This document shows positions 19,550-27,531 of a DNA stretch of 64,000 nt, piece after piece. Made by a program: the position numbers and the translations under genes. Source of the stretch: Candidatus Bathyarchaeia archaeon. GTDB lineage: Archaea > Thermoproteota > Bathyarchaeia > 40CM-2-53-6. Each line of letters begins with the position of its first letter. Positions within the stretch are counted from its first letter, which is position 1. The stretch lies in contig JBEKVV010000001.1 of the NCBI GenBank assembly GCA_049513715.1, positions 256,001 to 320,000 of the forward strand, given 5' to 3'. The notes under the pieces are model-generated. The model was given only the letters and a program-made list of their open reading frames with translations. It did no database searches and was not told the DNA's origin.

Positions 19550-21241
19550 GTGGGACGACCCGCTTTGCGCTCTTCAACCCGCCTGCTAGTTTTGTCAGCG
19601 CTATTTGTGGGCTTGTTTGCTCTTCTGAATCCAGCTGTTCGCGCCCAACCCATTTACACCGTCACAGTCACGGTTCAAGGGTTGCCAGATACTGCGAGTA
19701 CAGTGGTCTACGTTGACGGTGGCGCAAACGGAACTCTCTCTGGCGGCCAATCGCGCACATTCACTTTCATGTTCGCGAGCTCACCTCACATAATCACAGT
19801 GGACTATTACGTTCCTAATGTCGGAGCCAACGGCACGAGGTATTATGATAAGGATACTTCTTGGACGTTCAACGGCACGGCCAACCATGTCTTCACTTAC
19901 GTGACCCAATACTACCTTGAAGTGAAATCCTCATACAGCACATCGGGAGGGCAGGGATGGTATGACGCGGGGACGTCGGTTCAAGCCACCATTCAGGACG
20001 CTCAAGTAGGCGAGGGCGCGGGTACTCGGAACGTCTTCGCTGGTTGGTCTGGAGATGCGACCGGCAAGGATCTGAGTTCCGTAACTATATCCATGAATGG
20101 GCCGAAGACAGCAGTTGCTACTTGGAAAACGCAGTTCTACCTGAATGTAGAATCCGACCCGCCTAGCGTCAGCAACCTGAATGGGTCAGGTTGGTACGAC
20201 GCAAATAGCGTTGCGAATTTCTCCGCGCCCACAGTCATATCAGCGAATGACAATTCTCGGTTGAGGCTGAGTCATTGGACGGGTGCCTACAGTGGTAGCG
20301 ACCCTACGGGCAGCACTGTGATGGATCAACCCAAGTCGGTTAAGGCGAATTACATCGCACAATACCTGCTAACCGTAGAGTACAATCCACACAGCATCAC
20401 AACTTCCTACAATGAAACCCACACCGGCTGGTTCGACGCGAACACGAACGTGCAACTCGGTCCCGCACCGGCCACAATCACGCTCAGCACTGTGGAGAGG
20501 ATTCGATTCCTACAATGGGATGTGGACGGCAACACAAGCACCAATCTTTCGATGACGGTCCTTATGGACAAGCCGCACAAGGTTGCGTTGGCGTACAAGA
20601 CACAGTACTTCGTTGAAGTTCGCTCGTCCTATGGTTCAGCGACTGGGACCGGGTGGTATGACCAAGGGTCAACCGCAACGATAGCAGTCGCTGCGACGCA
20701 GGGAACATGGCCGATTTCATACGCGCTCACAGACTGGCGCGTAGATCCACCTACTGGAACGCTGACAAAAACGGGCGATTCATGGTCGTTGACTGTTGAC
20801 CGGCCATATGTCGTTGAAGCGGATTGGAACCTAGATTACGTGCCACTAATACTTGTCTTCGGTGGTGGTAGTGTCGCCATCGCCGCGGTTGCAGTTGGTA
20901 TTTTCTTCGCCAACCGGCGGGGGCTCTTCAATTTTGGTGGTCCAGTCCTCGGCTCTTTAGGACCAAAATCGAGGTTGCCGCGCATTCCTAGAGGGAGGGG
21001 AAGGGTCTGTAGCAGTTGTGGCAATCGCATCCCAGAGGGTGCGACCTTCTGTCAGAGATGCGGAGCGCCTGTTAGAGCGCCTGCTGTGCCGCCTTCTACT
21101 CTAGATGATAAGGTGTACGATTACATTGTCAAGCATGAAGGCGTGATTTCTACGAGCAAAGCATCGAGTGACCTGGGGCTGTCGGTTAATGAACTGAAGG
21201 AAATTACGGAGAGGTTGAAAAAGAAGGGGCTACTGACCTAG
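19550..21241 (+). CDS. Type I membrane protein: signal peptide, repeated extracellular beta domains, TM helix, zinc ribbon, C-terminal winged helix
   Basis: Hydrophobic N-terminus ending VRA-Q; about 4 repeats Q[YF][YL][LV].V....G.GW[YF]D; TM near IAAVAVGIFFA; CSSCG..IPEGATFCQRCG; LDDKVYDYI..HEG.I....S.DLG.....L.....RLKKKG. Confidence 0.8.
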   Translation: MGRPALRSSTRLLVLSALFVGLFALLNPAVRAQPIYTVTVTVQGLPDTASTVVYVDGGANGTLSGGQSRTFTFMFASSPHIITVDYYVPNVGANGTRYYDKDTSWTFNGTANHVFTYVTQYYLEVKSSYSTSGGQGWYDAGTSVQATIQDAQVGEGAGTRNVFAGWSGDATGKDLSSVTISMNGPKTAVATWKTQFYLNVESDPPSVSNLNGSGWYDANSVANFSAPTVISANDNSRLRLSHWTGAYSGSDPTGSTVMDQPKSVKANYIAQYLLTVEYNPHSITTSYNETHTGWFDANTNVQLGPAPATITLSTVERIRFLQWDVDGNTSTNLSMTVLMDKPHKVALAYKTQYFVEVRSSYGSATGTGWYDQGSTATIAVAATQGTWPISYALTDWRVDPPTGTLTKTGDSWSLTVDRPYVVEADWNLDYVPLILVFGGGSVAIAAVAVGIFFANRRGLFNFGGPVLGSLGPKSRLPRIPRGRGRVCSSCGNRIPEGATFCQRCGAPVRAPAVPPSTLDDKVYDYIVKHEGVISTSKASSDLGLSVNELKEITERLKKKGLLT

Positions 21242-21243
21242 GG

Positions 21244-21666
21244 TTAGAATGGCCAAGACCGGTTCTGTTCTTGCGGCTGGTAAACTATCTGAGGTTGTTG
21301 TTCGTACGCGTTGGGTGGGTGGCCAATTTTCGGAGCCAAGCCCCAGTAGCATTCAGGGCAGAAGTTCAGCATACCGTACTGTTTGTTGCACCCGGCGCAA
21401 ATGGATCTGCCACACCGAGAGCATACATATGACGACGGCAACTCGTTATGGTAGTAGCATGTTCCCGGCCGCGATACGTTCCTAGGGGTGTAGATTGGTG
21501 GAGCCATCGGGCTCGGGCCCGGAGTGGGCAAGCCAGTCAGCGGGGACTTCACCTCAACTTTGACGGGTGGTGTAAGTGAAGGCGCTTGCGATACTGCCGC
21601 TCCACAACTGTAGCAGAACTTAGCATTGTCTGCGTTGCCCCTGCCACAAACTCGGCATATTGCCAT
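21244..21666 (-). CDS. Zinc-ribbon + B-box-like zinc finger protein
   Basis: CRVCG..NADNAKFCYSCG, Pro-rich linker, C-x2-H-x8-C-x2-C-x4-C-x2-C-x9-C-x2-C; ATG at 21666 within ORF 21244..21696. Confidence 0.8.
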   Translation of the reverse strand: MAICRVCGRGNADNAKFCYSCGAAVSQAPSLTPPVKVEVKSPLTGLPTPGPSPMAPPIYTPRNVSRPGTCYYHNELPSSYVCSRCGRSICAGCNKQYGMLNFCPECYWGLAPKIGHPPNAYEQQPQIVYQPQEQNRSWPF

Positions 21667-21823
21667 GTCGTGTACCTTACAAAGAACTGCTCTCATGCAT
21701 TTCTTAACAGTTACTTACCCTGAAATGCTTCTCTCCATTCCCTTTCGCCACAAAACAAGGCTATTTCAGCGAGTGACGCTGCATTGGCTTATGAAATATG
21801 ACACGGTTGATGCAAAATCATTC

Positions 21824-23074
21824 CTAAATCAGCCTGAGGATTGATTCGCGCAGTTCTCCGTTTTTGCTTTCTGAAATGACTTTCAGGTAATCCCCATGTG
21901 CAAGCTTCTTAACCGCTCTAGGGAGAGGCTCTAGGCTTTCCTCTCCTTTGATGGTTTCAGTGAAAATTCTGACTTGTGCTTCTGTTCTGAGAGCTTCTCG
22001 AATCGCGCCTTGCGGAGTCTGGCTTGAGGCGTGGATTTTCGCGAGCACAAAGTCGAGTCGCGGCACAACTTCCTTTGCAGTTCCATCTTTTCCGCATACG
22101 AAGCATTTCTCGCCTCGCTTCAAATCCATTTGTGTAAATCGGTTGTTTTTCATGTCAATGAACAGTACTGATCGCAAGGGTGGCCCGCTTGTCTCTGGCC
22201 ATTTGTGTTTCTCTTGGAACGTTGCGAGTCCCAGGATCAGTTTGGTGGTTTCTTGGGCGACGATTGAGGAGACGAGTGAGATTGAGGTCGCGAAAGATGG
22301 AACGGCTTCCTGTTCTAATGGTGCATCGCATGGGTTTCGTAGACCCACGATGTGTGAGTATTGGTTTGGCGGGAACATGCAGATTGGGCAAGGGTCTTCG
22401 GGCGGGATGTAAACGTGGACTCTGGCATTCAGGCCAGTGATACCGCCGTCGACCAGGGGCGTCGAGTATTTTCTGCTTACTTGTGTTAGGAAAATCCTTG
22501 AGACAACATTGTCGAGTCCGCAAACAATCACGTCGGAATCCAGGTAGAGCTTCAAGGGCAGCGATTCCAAATCGCCCCTAAAGGCTGCGGTTTCCACGAA
22601 TGGATACTTTTTGTGTACGTTTTTTGCGAGAACCTCGGCCTTGTTCTTTCCCAAATTGGTGGGTTCGAAGAATATCATGCGGCTGACGTTTGACATTTCT
22701 ACTTTATCGCGGTCCACAATGAGAAGTTTGCCGATTCCAAGCATCGCCAGATTCTTGGCGACTTCGTTTCCTATGGCGCCTGCGCCAGCGATAAGGACGG
22801 TTGAGTTTCTAATCTTATTCTGCCCGTCTGAGCCCCAGGCAATTAGGTGCCTTGCCCAAAGGTAGTCTACGACCACTGGCTCGCCAGACACTTTGAGTTT
22901 CGACACTCGGGTTGCGTCAGGGAGATTTTTCCCTGCCAGAAGTAGTCTTGTGAGTTCCGGCTCGATGCCGAACTTTGCACAAACAAGTTTCTTGAGATCT
23001 CTGACAGTCTGGTTGGGGCTCAGCTCCATCTCGATTTGTTTGTATGAGGGAATGGAGGCTTTCAGGCGCATCAA
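21824..23074 (-). CDS. E1-like (ThiF/MoeB family) activating enzyme with N-terminal ubiquitin-like domain
   Basis: GAGAIG, DRDKVEMSNVSR, LDN..SR, CPIC and CFVC Zn pairs, candidate catalytic Cys in RNPCD; residues 1-70 ubiquitin-like (TVRDLK...RLLLAGKNL). Confidence 0.9.
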   Translation of the reverse strand: MMRLKASIPSYKQIEMELSPNQTVRDLKKLVCAKFGIEPELTRLLLAGKNLPDATRVSKLKVSGEPVVVDYLWARHLIAWGSDGQNKIRNSTVLIAGAGAIGNEVAKNLAMLGIGKLLIVDRDKVEMSNVSRMIFFEPTNLGKNKAEVLAKNVHKKYPFVETAAFRGDLESLPLKLYLDSDVIVCGLDNVVSRIFLTQVSRKYSTPLVDGGITGLNARVHVYIPPEDPCPICMFPPNQYSHIVGLRNPCDAPLEQEAVPSFATSISLVSSIVAQETTKLILGLATFQEKHKWPETSGPPLRSVLFIDMKNNRFTQMDLKRGEKCFVCGKDGTAKEVVPRLDFVLAKIHASSQTPQGAIREALRTEAQVRIFTETIKGEESLEPLPRAVKKLAHGDYLKVISESKNGELRESILRLI

Positions 23075-23670
23075 GTGGACGCCCTATGCTCTTTCCCCGG
23101 AATACTGAACCTGACAATGTCCCTGGGTCCTGAGGGTGTGACAGGTACTCGTGGGACGGGAACGACGTTGAAGCGGAGAGTGTCGTCAGCTTCTTTCTTG
23201 GGTTGTTGTTTGACCTTGGTCATCTTCGGGAAGCCGTAGGAACGGCACACGTTTGCCGCCTTCAGTGACCGGGGATGGTCGAAGACGTTCGAAGGGTTCG
23301 GGTCGGTTAGGAGGTAGTGTAAGGCGTTAACAACTGAAATGAGCCTGAGGCGCGGGTCCCACTTATCCCCGAGGATCGAAACGCAGACAGCGTTCGGTAT
23401 GTTCGGCACAATGTTGGGGTGTGAGATGTCGGAAAGCCACATTGCTACCGGCGGCTTCAGGGGGTACTCTGGCGTTAGGTCTAGCCGAAACCGGTTCCAG
23501 TCAGTGTACTCAGTGAAAGGCCAGACGCCCTTCTCGGAGAGCTTCTTTACCTCACCCTTCTCGCAGCGAATCAGGCCCTCGAATTGGGTGGGGGGGTCGT
23601 TGAGGGCCGTGATCGTGGGGAACTGGTGGTTCAGCAGGGTCTTCTCTTTGTAAAGTACAGTGGTGTCCAT
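23071..23670 (-). CDS. Ubiquitin-conjugating enzyme E2 (UBC fold)
   Basis: FRLDLTPEYPLKPP...ISHPNI...VCVSIL..KWDP...LLTDPN matches the UBC signature with HPN and catalytic Cys; stop overlaps the E1 start. Confidence 0.92.
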   Translation of the reverse strand: MDTTVLYKEKTLLNHQFPTITALNDPPTQFEGLIRCEKGEVKKLSEKGVWPFTEYTDWNRFRLDLTPEYPLKPPVAMWLSDISHPNIVPNIPNAVCVSILGDKWDPRLRLISVVNALHYLLTDPNPSNVFDHPRSLKAANVCRSYGFPKMTKVKQQPKKEADDTLRFNVVPVPRVPVTPSGPRDIVRFSIPGKEHRAST

Positions 23671-23681
23671 TTGGGTTGGCC

Positions 23682-23924
23682 TTACCCACCTATGATGTTG
23701 TACGGCATGAGGGCAAGTTGAGCGTTCTCGGGAATACCCAACCGCGCTACGGTTGTACTCTCGTCAAGTATGGCTCCACCATACATGAGAGCGACGGTGG
23801 TGGGATCGACGTTGAAGGACTGGCAGACCTGCTGCTTGATTTCGCCAACTGTGTGGTCTGGAATTACGTCAATCTCCGCCAAGCCTGTCTGCGGCCCGAT
23901 TGGAGCTTGGACGAACAGTTTCAT
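23682..23924 (-). CDS. Ubiquitin-like modifier with C-terminal diglycine
   Basis: MKLFV...TVGEIKQQV...LMYGGAIL...IIGG-stop; GGAGGTGA Shine-Dalgarno 10 nt before ATG 23924 (alternative start 23948). Confidence 0.92.
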   Translation of the reverse strand: MKLFVQAPIGPQTGLAEIDVIPDHTVGEIKQQVCQSFNVDPTTVALMYGGAILDESTTVARLGIPENAQLALMPYNIIGG

Positions 23925-23974
23925 CTGCGATGATTCACCTCCGCTCATGCTGGTCTGGCAATTCTATAGAGGAG

Positions 23975-23980
23975 CTTAAA
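23975..23980 (-). promoter_or_regulatory. Candidate TATA box (TTTAAG) for the Ubl-E2-E1 transcript
   Basis: TTTAAG directly after the JAB stop, about 27 nt upstream of ATG 23948. Confidence 0.4.
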
Positions 23981-25534
23981 CTATCTTACTATGAATTGAA
24001 TTGCCTGGGAATGGGTGACTCCGCCACCCGACGCGTTGATGGTTAGGGTGTATGATCCCCGTTTTACTGCCGTGGTTGTCGTGATTTGGAGTGTGATGGT
24101 GATGGTTCCGGTGCCACCGACCGTGTTTCCGCTTGTGGTCAGTTTGTACGTTGCCCCTTGAGGAAGGCCGTTGACAGTTACCGCCACAGGGTCTACGAAT
24201 CCGTGTTGCAAAGTTATCAGCAGTGTATAGGCGGTTGACGTCCCCGCAGACACCTGCGCAAGACTCGGCGAGACTTGCAGGTCAAAGTCAGCGACGGTGA
24301 CCGGTATCGTAACCTGGCGCGTAACTGGTTGGGCTCCGGAGGGGGAATAGGTGCTTTTCACCACAATTTGATACGTGCCGTTGGGAGTCGTTTGGGATGC
24401 TGCGAGTTTCATTGTTACTTTGGTCAAACCAATCGGAACGGGGTTGGGGTTGAAGCTTATCGCCAACCCGGATGGGGCGCCATCCGCAGAAAACGACACT
24501 TGTTGGCTGAAATCATTGATCATGAATAGATCCACTTCCTCAGATGCCGTTTGTGTTCGGTAAACGGTAAGCGTCGGAGTTCCTGGGGAGAGCGCAAAGT
24601 CTGAGATCAGGATTCGATATTGGCTTGTCTGTTTCTGGTTGCCTGCCTGATCAGCTGCCGCAATGTAGTACGCCAAGTTTCCAGTAACCTGCTGGCCTGG
24701 AATCGTGTACCCGTAGAAGCTTCCTTGCACCAGCGTCATTTTGACCGGGGCCAAGTTTGCGCCGGGTGCTGCGTAGTATAGTGTTACGTCTCGAACTGGG
24801 CCGGTAACGTTAGCTGTGATCTCAACGGGTGTTCCAACAGTGCCGGTTAGAACTGGGTTGTGAACAATCGCCAAGCCTGATGTCGACGGGGTGCCCCTGT
24901 ATAATATTGCGCCGATTAAGCCCGCGGATGCCACGAGCGTTATGAAAACCACGACCATGAGAGTGGTGCTTATTCGCTGCTTTGGCATGGGTCGGGGTTG
25001 GGGCGGGAGCAACTGTTGCTGCCGCACCTCGATCGTTGGCGTGGGTCGAGTAAGGGCTCTGGTTGGCTCCCGCGGGGTTGCCTCAAAGGCTTCTTCGGTT
25101 CGAACGCTCACCATTTCTTCAGGTATCCGAAAGGGTTTCTTGGTTTGTGGGTCGATTCTGAAGTATCCCACTTCTCCCGTGGTAGCGTCTATAACGACAC
25201 CTGTGACGAGGGAAGAGAACTGCTGAAGGGTCCTCTGTGTCTCAATGTCGGTTTCAGAAAAGAACACTCCACCCTCGGTGTGTGAGTGGTACCATCCTAC
25301 AATGTTGCCTTTCACCCGCCCACTAACCAAGTCATCGGCAATTTGGGCGAGCGTTGAGGGAGGTAGCGTTACTCGGTGCGGTTCTGATGAGAATTCGCCG
25401 GTAATTGAATCGTCAATAACGATGGAGTCACTTTCGCGCCGGCCAAGTAGAAGGCCGATTATTTCGTTTCTTGTCTCATGTGAAGCCTGGACGATTCGGT
25501 CGTAGACAGGCTTCCATATGCTCACATAAGACAA
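23981..25534 (-). CDS. JAB/MPN+ metallo-isopeptidase fused to a TM helix and extracellular Ig-like domains
   Basis: EIIGLLLG...VGWYHSHTEGGVFFSETD (E..HxH-x7-S-x2-D); TM TLMVVVFITLVASAGLIGAILY; Thr/Val-rich beta domains with two DF.L...G.P.G repeats. Confidence 0.9.
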   Translation of the reverse strand: MSYVSIWKPVYDRIVQASHETRNEIIGLLLGRRESDSIVIDDSITGEFSSEPHRVTLPPSTLAQIADDLVSGRVKGNIVGWYHSHTEGGVFFSETDIETQRTLQQFSSLVTGVVIDATTGEVGYFRIDPQTKKPFRIPEEMVSVRTEEAFEATPREPTRALTRPTPTIEVRQQQLLPPQPRPMPKQRISTTLMVVVFITLVASAGLIGAILYRGTPSTSGLAIVHNPVLTGTVGTPVEITANVTGPVRDVTLYYAAPGANLAPVKMTLVQGSFYGYTIPGQQVTGNLAYYIAAADQAGNQKQTSQYRILISDFALSPGTPTLTVYRTQTASEEVDLFMINDFSQQVSFSADGAPSGLAISFNPNPVPIGLTKVTMKLAASQTTPNGTYQIVVKSTYSPSGAQPVTRQVTIPVTVADFDLQVSPSLAQVSAGTSTAYTLLITLQHGFVDPVAVTVNGLPQGATYKLTTSGNTVGGTGTITITLQITTTTAVKRGSYTLTINASGGGVTHSQAIQFIVR

Positions 25535-25549
25535 TCGTTACACCGAAAG

Positions 25550-25586
25550 TAAAAAGGGAACAAAAAATTGGGGACCCTTGCGGGGT
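25550..25586 (-). terminator. Possible hairpin + T-tract after the membrane zinc-finger gene
   Basis: Minus strand reads ACCCC-GCAA-GGGT then AATTTTTTGTTCCCTTTT directly after the stop at 25589. Confidence 0.35.
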
Positions 25587-25588
25587 TG

Positions 25589-26422
25589 CTAACGTCCCAG
25601 CATGCCGAGTATTCCGCCCAGCACGCCAAGGACGAAGCCGGCCACAAAACCTCCGCCAATTATCAGACTCATTACAGCCAGCGGGAAGACAACGATGCTT
25701 CCGATGGTTCCGTACCCTAGTAGCATCAAAATCGAACCGATCACTAGGATGAGTCCGATGATAGCGCCGAGAGCGAAGGCAAGGCTTTGTGGAATCGATG
25801 TCGGTGGAGCCAACCAGAAGAAGATGCTCGACCACATTGTGTAGAACGAACTGGAGAGCAATGCTGCTGCGTTGAGTATGACCAGGATTCCTGCAATCAT
25901 GGAGAGTATGAATCCCCACAGAGCTCTTGGCGCACTCGGGGCCATGAACGGTCCCGGATAGGGTGCTGGCATGAAGGACGCTGGCGGGCCTGACATCGGT
26001 GGGGCCATCATTGGTCCCATTGGTGGGGCCATCGCTGGACCCATTTGAGGTGCGTAAGCCGGACTGTATTGGGGTGCCGGTTGCTGCGGATTTGCCATAG
26101 GTTGTTGGGCTGTCATAGGCACTATTCCTGCGTAACACTGAGGACAGAGAACAAGGTCCATATATGCTTTAGAGTCGTCTCTGCAGATTGCTCGTCCACA
26201 GCGGTTGCAAACGTAGATTGCTGGAAGGTTCGGGTGATAGAAGCATTGGCCAGGTGCTGGAACCCTAATTGGGCCGCCGGGGCTGACTGGGGTTACTACG
26301 CGGACTGATGGGACTGGTTTGAGTGCTGGGGCCATTGCGCCTGCAAGTGACGCGCCACAACTGGAACAGAATGCTGCATCGTCGCGGTTGTTGTAGCCAC
26401 ATGATGGGCATTTCTTGACCAT
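25589..26422 (-). CDS. Zinc-ribbon + B-box-like finger + Pro/Met-rich linker + multi-pass membrane domain
   Basis: CPSCG..NRDDAAFCSSCG; CFYH-x8-CNRC-x4-CRDD-x9-CPQC; about 4 C-terminal hydrophobic helices; AAAGGAGG SD at 26435-26442. Confidence 0.82.
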   Translation of the reverse strand: MVKKCPSCGYNNRDDAAFCSSCGASLAGAMAPALKPVPSVRVVTPVSPGGPIRVPAPGQCFYHPNLPAIYVCNRCGRAICRDDSKAYMDLVLCPQCYAGIVPMTAQQPMANPQQPAPQYSPAYAPQMGPAMAPPMGPMMAPPMSGPPASFMPAPYPGPFMAPSAPRALWGFILSMIAGILVILNAAALLSSSFYTMWSSIFFWLAPPTSIPQSLAFALGAIIGLILVIGSILMLLGYGTIGSIVVFPLAVMSLIIGGGFVAGFVLGVLGGILGMLGR

Positions 26423-27286
26423 TTTTCTAAATATCCTCCTTTAGCTAATTTAACACGGATTGACCGTGCTATGGTGAGCGCACTTAAGCATTTGCTCCAG
26501 CGTTGTCAAATTAGTGAATGGTAAAAGCCCAGTTATACCATTTTTTAGCGCAAACATAGGGGAGTCCCCAAAAATGGCTGCCACGAGCAGTTTTCGCGCA
26601 TCCGTTTGACAAAGAGAAAGCAATGAAACCCTTCGGAAATCTACTACGCGTTTCTGAACAGAACAATTTCATGATCAACCAGGCGCCCAACGTGACCAGT
26701 AATGCCGAGATTTCACCAAACGCGATTTTTCGTGGCCGCGATCTCGAAACATGGCCAAGGAAATTGCTCGATCACTGTTTCTCCGATCCCCTGCGTTGTA
26801 GCATAAGAAAATTCAGATCTCACGGCCTTCTGTAGGGCTAGGTACTGTGATGCCGAGAGGAGGAGTTGCATTCGGAATCTGCGGGGGTGTCCTGTGATTC
26901 GTTTGCGATGCGCCCGCCCCCTGTGGGTTGAGATGTAGCCTATTGGCGGGCGGGATGATGTCGTTTCGGTTTGCATAATGGCTCCCTTCCAGTCCTGGCT
27001 GGGTCAATTGGGTGCTCGCCTGCCTGCTGTTTGGAAATGTAAATAGTGGATGAACGCTTCTACGTGAGTTCGCTTCGTTCTTTGTACCTAGTGTCGCGAC
27101 GTGGGTTTTTTCGTTACTTAGTTATCTTCGCGCATGGCAAATGATTCATCTCTATCGGTGCAACGTGCTGAAGACACGTGTTTGTGGCTGTGAGTATCAT
27201 TCATGTCTGGCTACGAGTTTGCGTGAAATGCCTGTTGGATTCAGCAGATATTTAGCGAAGTTGTGCATAGGTGCGGTTTCGCGGAA

Positions 27287-27390
27287 GCCCCGGTGGCTCA
27301 GCCTGGTAGAATGATTGCCAACAGCGACGCCTTGGTAGCATAGTGACAATGAGGCGTAGGTCGCGGGTTCAAACCCCGCCCGGGGCTCCA
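27287..27390 (+). tRNA. tRNA-Thr(GGT) with two introns (about 27310-27322 in the D arm; 27338-27351 at 37/38)
   Basis: Acceptor GCCCCGG/CCGGGGC-T-CCA, anticodon arm ACGCC-TTGGTA^A-GGCGT, T arm GCGGG-TTCAAAC-CCCGC. Confidence 0.92.
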
Positions 27391-27531
27391 GTTTTTGCCG
27401 AACCTCACCAGCGAGTGCAATGACTCCGTTCAGCACGTTACATGATTTGATGCAAACTCAAGGCTAATCACTTATTCCGCTTCAGCCATTCCAACCTCAT
27501 TTCTCCAAGCATGATTGCGAATCGGATCTCT

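Noticed and set aside
21824..23948. Reading the E1 and Ubl as a MoeB/MoaD or UbaA/SAMP sulfur-transfer pair
   Set aside because: A UBC-type E2 with catalytic Cys lies between them, the Ubl looks ubiquitin-like, and no cofactor-biosynthesis genes are adjacent
25476..26138. 220-aa alternative-frame ORF and other overlapping or antisense ORFs (e.g. 3103-3750, 29903-30505, 34343-34957, 47742-48449)
   Set aside because: Shadow frames of well-supported genes with no recognisable motifs
26978..27005. Minus-strand GCCAGGACTGGAAGGGAGC resembling SRP RNA helix 8
   Set aside because: Stem pairs poorly, the closing helix and the rest of the SRP structure are not evident; GGGAG is also explained as an SD
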